From assembly GCA_965199495.1 (NCBI GenBank), contig CBDASK010000003.1, positions 3,200,001 through 3,264,000 on the forward strand: DNA of 64,000 bases. Reading direction: 5' to 3'. Positions 11,365-21,840 of this stretch are shown in pieces. Positions within the stretch are counted from its first letter, which is position 1. Every line of letters starts with the position of its first letter. Made by a program: the position numbers and the translations under genes. Under the pieces are notes generated by a model. That model saw nothing but the letters and a program-made list of their open reading frames with translations. It did not search any database and was not told the origin of the DNA. This DNA is from Abditibacterium sp. Its GTDB lineage: Bacteria; Armatimonadota; Abditibacteriia; Abditibacteriales; Abditibacteriaceae.

Positions 11365-11513
11365 AGCCACAGAAGCCACAGAGAACGCGCAGAGGGGCAC
11401 AGAGAAAGACGAAGAAATTAAATTGAAGAACTCTTTTTATAGTTTTCTTTTACAAATAAATTTCTTTGTCTTTCTCTGTGCCCCTCTGCGCGTTCTCTGT
11501 GGCTTCTGTGGCT
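11365..11513. repeat. 55-bp inverted repeat with 1 mismatch (CACAGAG family)
   Basis: Arms 11365-11419 and 11459-11513 between convergent genes. Confidence 0.9.
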
Positions 11514-11517
11514 CCAA

Positions 11518-11994
11518 TTATTCTTCGTTTTTGCCGATTTGCAAAATCTCGAATTTGACGATGCCGTTTGGCCCTTCGACTTCAGCTATGTCGCCGACTT
11601 TCTTTTCCAGCAAAGCCTGTCCAATCGGCGATTCTTCCGACGCGGCGCCTTCGGTGAATTCCAATTCTTCCGAGGCGACGATTGTATAAAAACGGGTTTT
11701 GCCGTTTTCCAGGTTTTTGACTTCGACGGGCACGCCGAGCATCACTTCGTCGAAGGTCGGATTGTCCACGATAATGGCGTCTTCCAAGCGTTCTTCGAGG
11801 TTGGAAATGCGCGCTTCGAGCATGCCCTGCGTTTCGCGCGCGGCGTGATAACCGGCGTTTTCTTTCAGGTCGCCCAGTTCACGCGCCTCTTTGATTTCTT
11901 GGCGAATAATGACGCGTTGCGCTTTCAAATCTTCTAATTCGGCCTGTAAACGGTCGTGACCCTCGCGGGTAAATTGTGCTTGAACAGATGACAT
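11518..11994 (-). CDS. greA: Transcription elongation factor GreA
   Basis: ARELGDLKENAGYHAARE and SPIGQALL..KVGD motifs. Confidence 0.93.
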   Translation of the reverse strand: MSSVQAQFTREGHDRLQAELEDLKAQRVIIRQEIKEARELGDLKENAGYHAARETQGMLEARISNLEERLEDAIIVDNPTFDEVMLGVPVEVKNLENGKTRFYTIVASEELEFTEGAASEESPIGQALLEKKVGDIAEVEGPNGIVKFEILQIGKNEE

Positions 11995-12336
11995 AAATAA
12001 AGCTCCTTTCAATTGAGTTGACAAAGTGTATCAAGGGAGCGACGTTTAAGGCGGAGATTCCCGATGGCCCAACTTTTGCCTTTATCTTTGGGACTTTGGT
12101 CTTTGCGCTATTGCCATTTGTTCGCGATTATGAGAAGCTGTTGGGCACGCGGTTTTCGAGCGCGTTCAAGCCAAAATTTTGGCAAATCGAAAATTCATTT
12201 CCAAAATGGGCATTTGATTTGCGAACCCTTGGTTTTGAAGTTTGGTGCAACGTTGAGTTTTTACTTTAGCGTTTGTGCCTTTCGATAAATCTCGAAAACG
12301 TCGCACCAATTCTTGCTTAGGGGAGGTGAATTAATA

Positions 12337-12573
12337 ATGCGTAAAATCATTCTCGGTATTGCTCTGGTTGGCGCCATGACGGCAGCCGCCGTTGTCGCCC
12401 CCAAAGCGGCTCAGGCTCAGGACTACCCCAACGTAACCAGCATCACGCCGTTCACGGCGGAGGCCAATTATATGTCCAAGCCCGGCTACCTGCGTTACCG
12501 CAACTACGTCAACACGAACAACTGGATCTCTTACGAAGAGGCCGCTCGTATCGTCGCAGAACAGGGTGGTTGA
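12337..12573 (+). CDS. Small secreted protein
   Basis: Strong RBS ggaggtg; signal peptide ending AQA; biased codon use; followed by a terminator. Confidence 0.75.
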   Translation: MRKIILGIALVGAMTAAAVVAPKAAQAQDYPNVTSITPFTAEANYMSKPGYLRYRNYVNTNNWISYEEAARIVAEQGG

Positions 12574-12587
12574 TAAATCCAACCATC

Positions 12588-12630
12588 AAAAATCCGTTCT
12601 CCTTTTCATTAAGGAGAACGGATTTTTTTT
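12588..12630 (+). terminator. Rho-independent terminator
   Basis: aaaaatccgttctcctt...aaggagaacggatttttttt. Confidence 0.85.
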
Positions 12631-12843
12631 GCTTTACATAACATTACGTTAAGCGCGCTCGCGCTTGCGCCACGCGCGACTTTTGCGATTAAAAACAGTC
12701 GAAATTCCGCTCGCCAGTTTTGGTTCGATAAGTCGCCCAAATTTCTGGCTCTGTCAGACTTTCTTTCCTCAAACTTTGCCGATTTGCTGGCGTCCTCTAT
12801 TTTCGCGTTCGCGCTCAAAGCAAAGTTAAAGGTTATTCTTGTT

Positions 12844-15510
12844 GTGAATCTATTTTCCACTCCTCATCGCTCTCGGCAACAATTCATGGTTGCATTTTCC
12901 ACTCTATCGCTCGGCCTCGCGTTCGCGGGCGCCGTGCAGGCTCAGCCAACTTTGCCGACATTGCCGCCGCCCAATGCAACGCCGCCCGTTGCGATTCCTG
13001 CGACGCCGCCAATCGCGACTCCGCCCTCAACAGCAGCCACGGCGCCGGTTTCTGTGCCCGCGCCCGCGACTTCAACCGCGACGCTTGACCGCGCGGCGGT
13101 GGCTGCTGTCGCCGACCCCAACGCGATTTCGATTAACATTGATGGGCGCAACGTCTTTTCCGATCCGCCGCCGCTCTTGCAAAAGGGTCGCACCTTCGTG
13201 CCCCTGCGCGGCGTTTTGGAAAATTTGGGCGCCAAAGTGGATTACATCGCCGCCGAAAAGCGCGTGAATATCGCGCGCGGCCCGCAAAACGTGCAACTGT
13301 TTCTGGGCACCACGCGCGCCGTTTTGGATGGCCGCGATGTCGAAGTCGAAAAACCGCTGTTGATTAACGGGCGTGCTTTCGTGCCATTGCGCGCGGTTTC
13401 CGAACTATTCGGCCTCAAGGTCGCGTGGCTGGCGCCGACGCGCACCGTCGCGATTTATACCGGCGCGCCGACCGCCAAACCGCTCAACGCGCGCGCTGAA
13501 CTCAAAGCCGCCGGGCCGTTCGGTTTAACGATTGATTTCACGCAATATCCGGTCGAACAAATTCCATCTTTGCTCGACAGCGCCAAAGCGGCGGGCGTTG
13601 GCTTGGTCAAATTTCGCTTCGATTGGGGCACGCTCGAACCGACCAAAGGCGCCGAATTCGACTGGACTCTTTACGACACCGTTTTACGCGAAGCGCGCGC
13701 GCGGGGTCTGCGCGTCGTGGGCATTCTGGGCGATACCGCGCCGTGGGCTTCGGTTTCGAGTTCGACTTTCGGCGGCGACCAACGCCAAAGCCCGCCGCGT
13801 CCCGACGCGCTCGATAGTTGGACGAACTACGTGCGCCGCACCATCGGGCGCTACGGCAACGATGTGTTGGCGTGGCAGGTCTGGGAAAATCCGAACTCGG
13901 CCAACTTCCGTTCGGTGGACAAAAACTATCGCAAACTGGCGCGCTTGGCGATTGATGAGGCGCGCAAAGAGAATCCGAATCTGATTATTTACATCAACGA
14001 TCCGGGCGGCGTTGATCTGGACACAATTCGCGGTTATAACGCCAACGGATTGACGAGCGTGGCCGATGGCATCGGGATTTACCCGAATTCGCTTTATCAG
14101 GCTTTGGCGCCCGCGCCCGCCGAAGCGTTTTTGCGGCCCTACGCGCGCCTGACGACCGCGCTGACTTTGCCCGATGGCAAGACGCGCGATTACTGGGTCG
14201 GCGGCGTTTCGCGCCCGGTCGCTCTGCCGTTTCCCGACGCCAAACCGACCGACGACGGCAAACGCGCACTGGAAATCTTCACGCCCGTCGCGCAGGCCGA
14301 CTATTTGGTCAAGGCGATGACGCTGGGGCTGGCGGCGGGCAGCGACAAAGTTTTCTACGATCAACTGCGCGATGTGCCCGACGCGCGTATGAACGCCACG
14401 CTCGAATCGAGGCCGCCTTTGGTCGCGACCGCCGACCCGGCGGTGACGCAGGTGCCCACCGATCCCACGACGTTGGCGATGACGCCACAAATCGCGACCG
14501 CGACTTCGGCGCGCGTCAGTGCGCCGCGCGAGGGCGTGGTGCAGGACAACGGTTTGCAGCGCGCCGACGGCACGCCGCGCCCCGGTTTCGCGGCCTTGGC
14601 TAATTTGACGGCGAATCTCAAAGATAAACCTTACCTCGGCAACTTGAGTTTCAATAACGATTTGGTCGCGCTGTTATTTGATAACACGCAAAATGGCGTT
14701 TTGGTGGCGTGGTCTCCCAAGGGCGAAGCGACCCTCGCCCTCAACAGTTCGGGCGCGACGGTAGATTTGCCGGGCGGTCAGTTCGTGGCTACGCGGCCCG
14801 ATTCGTTGGTCACCGACGCAGTTGGCAACATCGTCTCGCCGCCCGATGGCGTGATTAAAATCGGTGAGCGGCCCATTTTTATCACCAACGTGGCCTCGAA
14901 AACGGCGGAAGCGGCGATCAAACGTCCGCTTGGCGCGGCGTTGCAGTTGCAAAATCCGACGCCCTACGCCGATGCTACAACCGTGCAAACGCAACTCAGC
15001 CCCGATGGCGTCGAGGACGGCATTTTCTGGCGCAAATACGCCTCGTTTGGCTCGGTCGCTGATGCGTTCGTCACTCGCGATGGGCGCAAGGGTTTGACCA
15101 CGCAACCTCAACGCGACATCTTCGATTTGAAGTCGCAAAAGCCGTTCATTTACCTCGATATCGCCGACGATTTTCTTTACGATGCGCCCGGCGTGCCGGT
15201 GACTCTGAGCGTCGAAGTTTATGGCGCGCCTTTGTCCGACCCGACCAAGGCGCTGGGTTTTCGCGTGGAATATAACAGCAGTTCGGGCAATCGCTCGTTG
15301 CCGTGGCAACCTCTGGTGCCGGGCAGTGGCTGGCAGACGTTCCAAATTCTGCTGCCCGATGCGCAATTCGCCAATGCGGGCGGCTACGATATTCTGTTCA
15401 ACGTCGGTGCTTCGGCGACGGGCGTCACGTTCGGCAACATTTCGCTGACGCGCGGCACACCAGCCACGGCGGCAACGCCCGCGATTGCTGCGCCGATTGT
15501 AGCGCCGTAA
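12844..15510 (+). CDS. Secreted protein: copper-amine-oxidase N-terminal (stalk) domain + clan GH-A-like TIM barrel + C-terminal beta-sandwich; start uncertain
   Basis: GRTFVPLR and GRAFVPLR stalk repeats; RFDWGTLEP..FDW, WQVWENPN, GLQRADGTPRPGF. Confidence 0.75.
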   Translation: MNLFSTPHRSRQQFMVAFSTLSLGLAFAGAVQAQPTLPTLPPPNATPPVAIPATPPIATPPSTAATAPVSVPAPATSTATLDRAAVAAVADPNAISINIDGRNVFSDPPPLLQKGRTFVPLRGVLENLGAKVDYIAAEKRVNIARGPQNVQLFLGTTRAVLDGRDVEVEKPLLINGRAFVPLRAVSELFGLKVAWLAPTRTVAIYTGAPTAKPLNARAELKAAGPFGLTIDFTQYPVEQIPSLLDSAKAAGVGLVKFRFDWGTLEPTKGAEFDWTLYDTVLREARARGLRVVGILGDTAPWASVSSSTFGGDQRQSPPRPDALDSWTNYVRRTIGRYGNDVLAWQVWENPNSANFRSVDKNYRKLARLAIDEARKENPNLIIYINDPGGVDLDTIRGYNANGLTSVADGIGIYPNSLYQALAPAPAEAFLRPYARLTTALTLPDGKTRDYWVGGVSRPVALPFPDAKPTDDGKRALEIFTPVAQADYLVKAMTLGLAAGSDKVFYDQLRDVPDARMNATLESRPPLVATADPAVTQVPTDPTTLAMTPQIATATSARVSAPREGVVQDNGLQRADGTPRPGFAALANLTANLKDKPYLGNLSFNNDLVALLFDNTQNGVLVAWSPKGEATLALNSSGATVDLPGGQFVATRPDSLVTDAVGNIVSPPDGVIKIGERPIFITNVASKTAEAAIKRPLGAALQLQNPTPYADATTVQTQLSPDGVEDGIFWRKYASFGSVADAFVTRDGRKGLTTQPQRDIFDLKSQKPFIYLDIADDFLYDAPGVPVTLSVEVYGAPLSDPTKALGFRVEYNSSSGNRSLPWQPLVPGSGWQTFQILLPDAQFANAGGYDILFNVGASATGVTFGNISLTRGTPATAATPAIAAPIVAP

Positions 15511-15532
15511 GTCAGTAAAGATTGAAATGCAA

Positions 15533-15575
15533 AAGCGACGTGGCTCTTCTTGAGAGCCACGTCGCTTGCTTTTTT
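15533..15575 (+). terminator. Terminator whose stem is an inverted pair of the AGCCACGTCG motif
   Basis: aagcgacgtggctct-tcttg-agagccacgtcgctt followed by gctttttt. Confidence 0.8.
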
Positions 15576-15760
15576 ACGTTGTGTCAAATAATAAGCCCCA
15601 TCTGACTAATCACAACAAACCGAATCAAAAGGAAACTTTCTTTTGGATTCTCAGTCAAACTTCGCCAGTTCCCGACAAACCTTATGGAACCGGAATTTTC
15701 GAGCTGAAGACTATTCAGCAAAAAAATTAAAGTTATTGGGCAAAAAGTTCTTGACAACGC

Positions 15761-15789
15761 TTTACAAGGCGCGCCAAAGGATGTAAAAT
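15761..15789 (+). promoter_or_regulatory. Putative sigma70 promoter of the SLH-porin gene, giving a ~260-nt 5' leader
   Basis: TTTACA-N17-TAAAAT; a TTGACA also lies at 15751. Confidence 0.45.
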
Positions 15790-16052
15790 GCCCGCGAACA
15801 TTGCTTTTTCAAGGCTTACTTTGATAGTGAAAGATAGCGAGAAAGCGTGAACACGAAACGACCGCAAATGGATGGACGTTTCGAGATTTGAAACTTCAAG
15901 TCGCGACAAATTGATTGCTGGCTTCCCCGGAGGCAACATGGATACTCCGCATCCGGCTCGCAATTGGTGATTCGCTGCTTTGGGTTTTTCTTTTCGAGAT
16001 GAAAAAATGTTTGCGTCGTAATTCAAAAGGGAGCTTTTACTCACAAACACAC

Positions 16053-17972
16053 ATGAAGAAAATCACCAAAATGAGCGCGCTGTTGGCTGTTGCCGCCGCC
16101 GCTCCCGCCATCGTCGCCCCCGGCTTCGTGGCTCCGGCTCACGCGCAAGACCGCGCTGAGTTCCAAGATGTCCCGTTGACCCACTGGGCCTACCCCGCTT
16201 TGCAGAAGCTGGCTGCCGCTGGCATTCTGGAAGGCTACCCGCCCAACGGCAACTTCATCGGACAGCGTCCGATGACCCGTTACGAATTCGCCGTCGCCAT
16301 CGCCCGTCTGTTGGACAAAATGAACAATGGCGCTGGCCCGGCTGGCCCCGAAGGCCCGGCTGGCCCTCAAGGCCCTGTTGGCCCCGCTGGCACTGGCGGT
16401 GGCTCCGATGTCGATCTTAGCAACTACTTGACTCGCGACCAGATCATGGGGATTGTCAACCCGTTGCAGCGCGAATTCCGCGATGAGCTGGCCCGCGTTG
16501 ACGCTCGTTTGACCGCGCTGGAAAATCGCATGTCAACCGAAGAGTCGAAAGTCGTGGCTCCGCCCCGTTTGACGTTTGCTCCCGCCTTGCTGCACCGCGA
16601 GGGCTATGCGTCTTACATCGGCAACGGCGGACGCAACTTCCTGAACCCGAACTTTGCCGGACTTGACCCAGTGGCGACCAACTTTGGCACGAACCTCAAC
16701 AATCTCGCTGGCAACCCCGGCGATTTACCCGCGCCCAACGGCGCTGGCGGTTATACCACCCCCCGCGCTAACCGTTACACCGCCGACATCGCGAATAAGA
16801 AATTCTCTTATACCGATATGGAACTGCGTTTGACCGACCGCGTGTCGGATCGCGTCAGCCTCAACGCTGCGCTCCGTTCGCTCGGTTCCAATCAAGAGGA
16901 TCCTTGGGCTGGCAACAGCGCGGGCGGCGTCTATGTTCGCGAAGCCTATGCGAATTTGGATTTGACCGACCGTCGTATCTTGGGTTTGAGCGGCATCACG
17001 GCGTCCGTTGGTCGTCAGCGCACCGCGATTGCTCAGGGTTTGTTGTATGACAACCAGTTGTCGCCCACCGACCAGATGCGCGGCGATGCGTTGCTCGGCC
17101 CGATCACCCTCACTGGTATCACCGGCACGAACAACGACGTTTCTGTCCTCAATGGTGGCGACATCAGCGATCCCTATACCACGCAGGGCAGCGTTCGTTA
17201 TTTGAGCACCGGTGGTTCCGTCGCTCAGCAGCGTTTCGTGGGCACTCCGGGAAACACCGCTCTTGACGCGGGTAACGACAACGAGTCCATCCTGCGCGGT
17301 AGCGTCAACGTGTTCAAAATCGCGGGCCGTCCCGTGGCTTTGGGCTACACCCGCTTGTTCGATGGTTATCGTAGCCAGAGCGGCGATTCGTTCGACGTTT
17401 CGTTGCCCCTGTTCAACCGCACCATCGGCTTTGAATACGTCCGTCAGTACAAGGATGCTGCTGGCAACAACCTCACCAATAACAAGCCCGCCGCCTACAA
17501 CGCGACTTTGAACGTGTTGCGCACCAACGTGCTGGACTTGAACGTGGCCTATGGTTACGCCGAAGGTGGCTTCGAGTACTTCGCGACTTCGTCGGCCAAC
17601 CCCTACGCTCGCAGCTACGGCGAAGCGATCTTTGATCGTCCCATCGCTTTGGGCGCTCCGTTGCTCAATGGCAATCGTCAGCCGGGCCAGCCAGCCTTCT
17701 TGACTGCCAAGCGTGCTTTTGACGTGAACGGCACCGTCCGTTTGCCCATCAGCTTCCTGAAGCGCGTTCCGTTGAACTTCCGCTACTACGAAGCGGAAAG
17801 TGGTGCGGACGTGGGTCAGCCGCGCCGCGGCTTGGGCGAGGTCTACTCGGTCGGCACTAAAGTCAACGTCACCCCTGGCATTGATGTCGAAGTCAAAGGT
17901 GGCGTCTACAACCCCAAGGGCAACCTTGAGAGCATCGAATACTTCCGCGTTGGCGCCAGCATTGGCTTCTAA
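16053..17972 (+). CDS. SLH-domain outer-membrane protein (SlpA/OmpM-like) with a short collagen-like repeat
   Basis: Signal peptide; SLH (FQDVPLTHWAY...GILEGYP...MTRYEFA); (GPX)6; coiled coil; beta-strand-rich C-terminus ending in Phe; strongly biased codons. Confidence 0.88.
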   Translation: MKKITKMSALLAVAAAAPAIVAPGFVAPAHAQDRAEFQDVPLTHWAYPALQKLAAAGILEGYPPNGNFIGQRPMTRYEFAVAIARLLDKMNNGAGPAGPEGPAGPQGPVGPAGTGGGSDVDLSNYLTRDQIMGIVNPLQREFRDELARVDARLTALENRMSTEESKVVAPPRLTFAPALLHREGYASYIGNGGRNFLNPNFAGLDPVATNFGTNLNNLAGNPGDLPAPNGAGGYTTPRANRYTADIANKKFSYTDMELRLTDRVSDRVSLNAALRSLGSNQEDPWAGNSAGGVYVREAYANLDLTDRRILGLSGITASVGRQRTAIAQGLLYDNQLSPTDQMRGDALLGPITLTGITGTNNDVSVLNGGDISDPYTTQGSVRYLSTGGSVAQQRFVGTPGNTALDAGNDNESILRGSVNVFKIAGRPVALGYTRLFDGYRSQSGDSFDVSLPLFNRTIGFEYVRQYKDAAGNNLTNNKPAAYNATLNVLRTNVLDLNVAYGYAEGGFEYFATSSANPYARSYGEAIFDRPIALGAPLLNGNRQPGQPAFLTAKRAFDVNGTVRLPISFLKRVPLNFRYYEAESGADVGQPRRGLGEVYSVGTKVNVTPGIDVEVKGGVYNPKGNLESIEYFRVGASIGF

Positions 17973-18005
17973 ATCGGAAATCGAAAGTTGTAACTGTCGT
18001 AAATC

Positions 18006-18038
18006 AAAAGCCTCGCCGAGCAATCGGCGGGGCTTTTT
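18006..18038 (+). terminator. Rho-independent terminator
   Basis: aaaagcctcgccga-gcaa-tcggcggggcttttt. Confidence 0.8.
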
Positions 18039-18103
18039 AGTTTTTCTTCGTTGTTTTTACCCGCCCCTTTTATTGTCGAGAACGCTAAACTTTCCTCCCA
18101 ACT

Positions 18104-19117
18104 ATGACTCCTTCCGCGTCTCCTTCTGCTCCCGTTTATCTGCCGCCTAAACGCAAGTCTGGTTATGGTTTTTGGCCGTGGTTGGGCCTGATACTGTTTC
18201 TAATCATCAGCTTTTTTGGTTTGATTTTAGTTGCCGTCGTGATGGGTGATGAAATTAAACCAAGCGTGGGGTTAATCGAGCTTTCCGGCCCGATTAGCGA
18301 TAGCGGGGCGGGCGGTTTGTTGGGCGGCACATCGGGCGGCGCGCGCGGATTCATTCGCGAAGTCGAGGCGGCGCGCAAAGACGACAACATTAAATCCGTC
18401 GTGATTCGCATTAACTCGCCCGGCGGCGCGGCTTCGGCCTCGCAGGAAATGTATGAAGCCGTGATGCGATTGCGCAAAGCGAAACCCGTCATTTGCTCGA
18501 TGGGCGACGTGGCTGCATCGGGCGGCTATTACACCGCCGCCGCCTGCTCGAAAATTTACGCCAATCGAGCCACGACGACTGGCTCCATTGGCGTGATTAC
18601 CGAATTGCCCAATTATCAGGAGCTGGCCAAAAAAGTCGGCATCAGTCAGGCGATTATCAAAAGCGGCAAATTCAAGGATACCGGCAACCCGGCGCGGCCC
18701 CTGACTGCGCAAGAAAAACAACTGTTTCAAGGCTTAATTAACAATCTCTATAACCAGTTCGTCAACGATGTCGTCGCTGGGCGCAAAGAGGCGACCAAAG
18801 GACAACTGACGCGCGAAAAGTTGTTGAAACTGGCCGATGGTCGCGTTTATACCGGCGAACAGGCCGTGCAAAATAAGTTGGTTGACGAGACGGGCGATCT
18901 TTACACCGCCGTTGGTTATGCCGCCAGCGCAGGCGGTTTGAAAGAAGACGCGCCTGTCACACCGCTTTCGAGTGGTGGCGGTTTGAGTTCGTTGTTCGGC
19001 GCCAGCGCGCAATCGTTCGTCGGTGGCCTCTCCGAACAGGTTGGAGGCGCCTTTGCGCGTGGCGCAGTCGCCCAGTTCAAAAACGAGGCGAAGGATTTGC
19101 CAACGCCAACGTATTAA
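18104..19117 (+). CDS. sppA: Signal peptide peptidase SppA (short form, S49)
   Basis: RINSPGG, VAASGGYY, TGSIGV, KSGKFKD, ADGRVYTG. Confidence 0.92.
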   Translation: MTPSASPSAPVYLPPKRKSGYGFWPWLGLILFLIISFFGLILVAVVMGDEIKPSVGLIELSGPISDSGAGGLLGGTSGGARGFIREVEAARKDDNIKSVVIRINSPGGAASASQEMYEAVMRLRKAKPVICSMGDVAASGGYYTAAACSKIYANRATTTGSIGVITELPNYQELAKKVGISQAIIKSGKFKDTGNPARPLTAQEKQLFQGLINNLYNQFVNDVVAGRKEATKGQLTREKLLKLADGRVYTGEQAVQNKLVDETGDLYTAVGYAASAGGLKEDAPVTPLSSGGGLSSLFGASAQSFVGGLSEQVGGAFARGAVAQFKNEAKDLPTPTY

Positions 19118-19155
19118 TTCCCTTCCACGCTTCGGGCCAAATACCGCTCAACTTT

Positions 19156-21840
19156 ATGTCCAAACTGCTTCTCATTGATTGCTATTCTCTACTGTTTCGC
19201 GCGTTTTTTTCGTCGCCGCCGTTCTCGACTTCGGCGGGCGAACCGACGGGCGCGCTTTACGGGTTCGCGCGCATGGTTACGGCGCTACTCGACGAACACC
19301 ATCCCGATTATGTCGCCGTCGCTATTGATGCGCCCGGCGGAACTTTTCGCCACGAGGCCGACGAAACCTACAAAGCCAATCGCAACGATACGCCAGATGA
19401 TCTGAAAATTCAACAAAAATTGGTGCGCGAAATGCTCGATGGTTTGTCCATTCCGCGCTACGAACACGCCGGTTTCGAGGCCGACGATATTATCGGCACG
19501 TTGGCCAAAAAGGGCGAATCGCAGGGCCAAAAAGTTATCGTCGTGACCGGCGATGGCGATATGTTGCAGTTGGTGGACGAGAATATCACCGTGATGCTGA
19601 CCAAACGCGGCGTTTCGGATTTGGATGTTTACGATCCGGCTGCCGTCGTCAAACGCTACGAATTCGAGGCCGCGCGCGTGCCCGATTTCAAAGGTTTGAA
19701 GGGCGACGCCAGCGACAACATTCCCGGCGTGCCCGGCATCGGTGACAAAACCGCGACGACTTTGCTGAAAAAATATGGCAGTTTGGACGGAATTTACGAG
19801 AACATAGACGACGTGGCTCCCACGCGCATTCAGAAATTGCTGCGCGAAAATCAGGAACAGGCGTTCCATTCGCGCACGATGGCGACGATTATCACCAATT
19901 TGCCGGTCGAAAAAGAACCCGAAGAGTTTCGCTACGATCCGAACGATGTCACAAAACGCCGAATTGCGGGCGAAACCGCGCGCCGTTTTGAGTTTCGCAG
20001 CTTGGCCAAACGCTACGAAACTCCGGCGCAGATCGCCAAAGCCGAGCCGGAACCGTCGAAAGAATTTGTCGCTGAACTCAGCATCGCGAAAAATTTGGAC
20101 GAGGTGAAGGGGTGGCTGACAGACGATTTAACGTCAGTCGCTTGGATTGAAGATCAAATTTGGCTGGGCCGCAATGGCAACGCGTTATTGTTCGAGGGCA
20201 AAATCGGCGAAATGAAAGCGTGGCTCGAAGACGCCGATGCGCCCAAAATCGCGCACGATGTGAAAACGTTGGAGCGCGCGTTGCAACCGTTCGATATTCA
20301 TCTGCGCGGCGCCACCGCCGATACGTTGTTGATGAGTTATTTGGTCGAGCCGACGCGGCAAAATCATCCGATTGATCTAATCGCCGAGAAATACGCGAAT
20401 CTGCAACTGCCCGCCGCACCCACGCCGATTAAGAAAGCGAAACCAAAAAACGCAAGTTTGTTCGATGATGACAACGATGAAATGAGCGCCGAAGAGCGTA
20501 AGCGTTTGGACGAGCAACGCAGCCACGTCGCCGCGCAAGTCGCGGTTTTGCCGATTTTAGAACCGCTTTTGCGCGCGCAGTTAAAAGAAATTGGCGCCGA
20601 ATCGTTGTTCGACAATTTGGAATTGCCGCTCGCCGATTTGTTAGCGCAGATGGAATGCGTCGGGATGTTGATCGAGCCGAATCAATTGCGCACTCTGGGC
20701 GAAAAATTGGAAAAAGACGCCGCGCGTTTGCAATCCTCGATTTGGGAAATGGCGGGCGAAGAATTCAATATTGGTTCGCCCAAGCAGTTGCAGGTCGTTT
20801 TGTTCGACAAAATGAACTTGGAAAGCGGGCGTAAAAACAAGTCGGGCGGCTACTCGACCGATGTTCACACGCTCGAACGATTGGCCGAAGAACACCAAAT
20901 CGTGCGCGAAGTTTTGGAGTATCGCGGCACGACCAAACTCAAATCCACCTACGTTGATGCGCTCTTAAAATTGGTGACGCCGCAAAATCGGATTCACTCG
21001 TCGCTCAATCAGACCGGCACGGTTTCGGGGCGCCTGAGTTCGAGCGATCCAAACTTGCAAAACGTGCCGATTCGCACCGAGCAAGGCCGCCTGATTCGCA
21101 AAGCCTTCATCGCGCCGTCCGGCCATAAATTGATGGCGGTGGATTATTCGCAAATCGAACTGCGTCTGCTGGCGCACATCACCGGCGACGCGCCTTTGGT
21201 TGATGCGTTTAGCGCGGGCGAAGACGTTCACGCGACGACGGCGGCGCGTTTGTTTAACGTCGACGTGAAAGATGTGGACGGAGAAATGCGGCGCAAAGCC
21301 AAAATGACGAATTACGCCATCGCTTACGGTGTTTCGGGTTTTGGGTTGGCCAAGCAGTTGGGAACGGGCAACGCCGCCGAAGCCAAAGAATTCATAGACC
21401 GCTATTTTGAAGGTTTGCCGGGCGTCAAAAAATATATTGACGACACGCTCGAAACCGCCAAAAAACTCGGTTATGTCGAGACTTTAATGGGCCGTCGCCG
21501 TCCCGTCCCGGAGATTAATTCCAATCGTTTTCAAGAAAAATCCGCCGCCGAGCGCACCGCGATCAACCATCCGATTCAGGGCACCAGCGCCGACGTGATG
21601 AAACTGGCGATGCTGGCGATTCAGCGCGAAATGCGCGAGAAGAATTACCAATCGAGCATGACGATGCAGGTTCACGACGAATTAGTTTTCGAGGTTACAG
21701 ACGATGAATTGGACGCGATGAAAGAGATGGTCGCAAGATTAATGTGCGAAGTTCCGGCGCGCGAGTTGGGTTTGAAAGTTCCGCTCGCCGTTGGCGTGGG
21801 CGTCGGTAGCAACTGGGACAACGCCAAGGGCGATGAGTGA
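19156..21840 (+). CDS. polA: DNA polymerase I
   Basis: 5'-3' exonuclease (EADDIIGT, GDASDNIPGVPGIG); polymerase motifs DYSQIELR, KMTNYAIAYG, QVHDE; 3'-5' exonuclease domain appears degenerate. Confidence 0.97.
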   Translation: MSKLLLIDCYSLLFRAFFSSPPFSTSAGEPTGALYGFARMVTALLDEHHPDYVAVAIDAPGGTFRHEADETYKANRNDTPDDLKIQQKLVREMLDGLSIPRYEHAGFEADDIIGTLAKKGESQGQKVIVVTGDGDMLQLVDENITVMLTKRGVSDLDVYDPAAVVKRYEFEAARVPDFKGLKGDASDNIPGVPGIGDKTATTLLKKYGSLDGIYENIDDVAPTRIQKLLRENQEQAFHSRTMATIITNLPVEKEPEEFRYDPNDVTKRRIAGETARRFEFRSLAKRYETPAQIAKAEPEPSKEFVAELSIAKNLDEVKGWLTDDLTSVAWIEDQIWLGRNGNALLFEGKIGEMKAWLEDADAPKIAHDVKTLERALQPFDIHLRGATADTLLMSYLVEPTRQNHPIDLIAEKYANLQLPAAPTPIKKAKPKNASLFDDDNDEMSAEERKRLDEQRSHVAAQVAVLPILEPLLRAQLKEIGAESLFDNLELPLADLLAQMECVGMLIEPNQLRTLGEKLEKDAARLQSSIWEMAGEEFNIGSPKQLQVVLFDKMNLESGRKNKSGGYSTDVHTLERLAEEHQIVREVLEYRGTTKLKSTYVDALLKLVTPQNRIHSSLNQTGTVSGRLSSSDPNLQNVPIRTEQGRLIRKAFIAPSGHKLMAVDYSQIELRLLAHITGDAPLVDAFSAGEDVHATTAARLFNVDVKDVDGEMRRKAKMTNYAIAYGVSGFGLAKQLGTGNAAEAKEFIDRYFEGLPGVKKYIDDTLETAKKLGYVETLMGRRRPVPEINSNRFQEKSAAERTAINHPIQGTSADVMKLAMLAIQREMREKNYQSSMTMQVHDELVFEVTDDELDAMKEMVARLMCEVPARELGLKVPLAVGVGVGSNWDNAKGDE

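Noticed and set aside
6883..11513. CACAGAG repeats as a CRISPR array
   Set aside because: They are inverted pairs without a regular repeat-spacer period, and no cas genes are present.
16725..18023. 432-aa antisense ORF
   Set aside because: Shadow of the codon-biased SLH-porin gene; no recognisable motifs.
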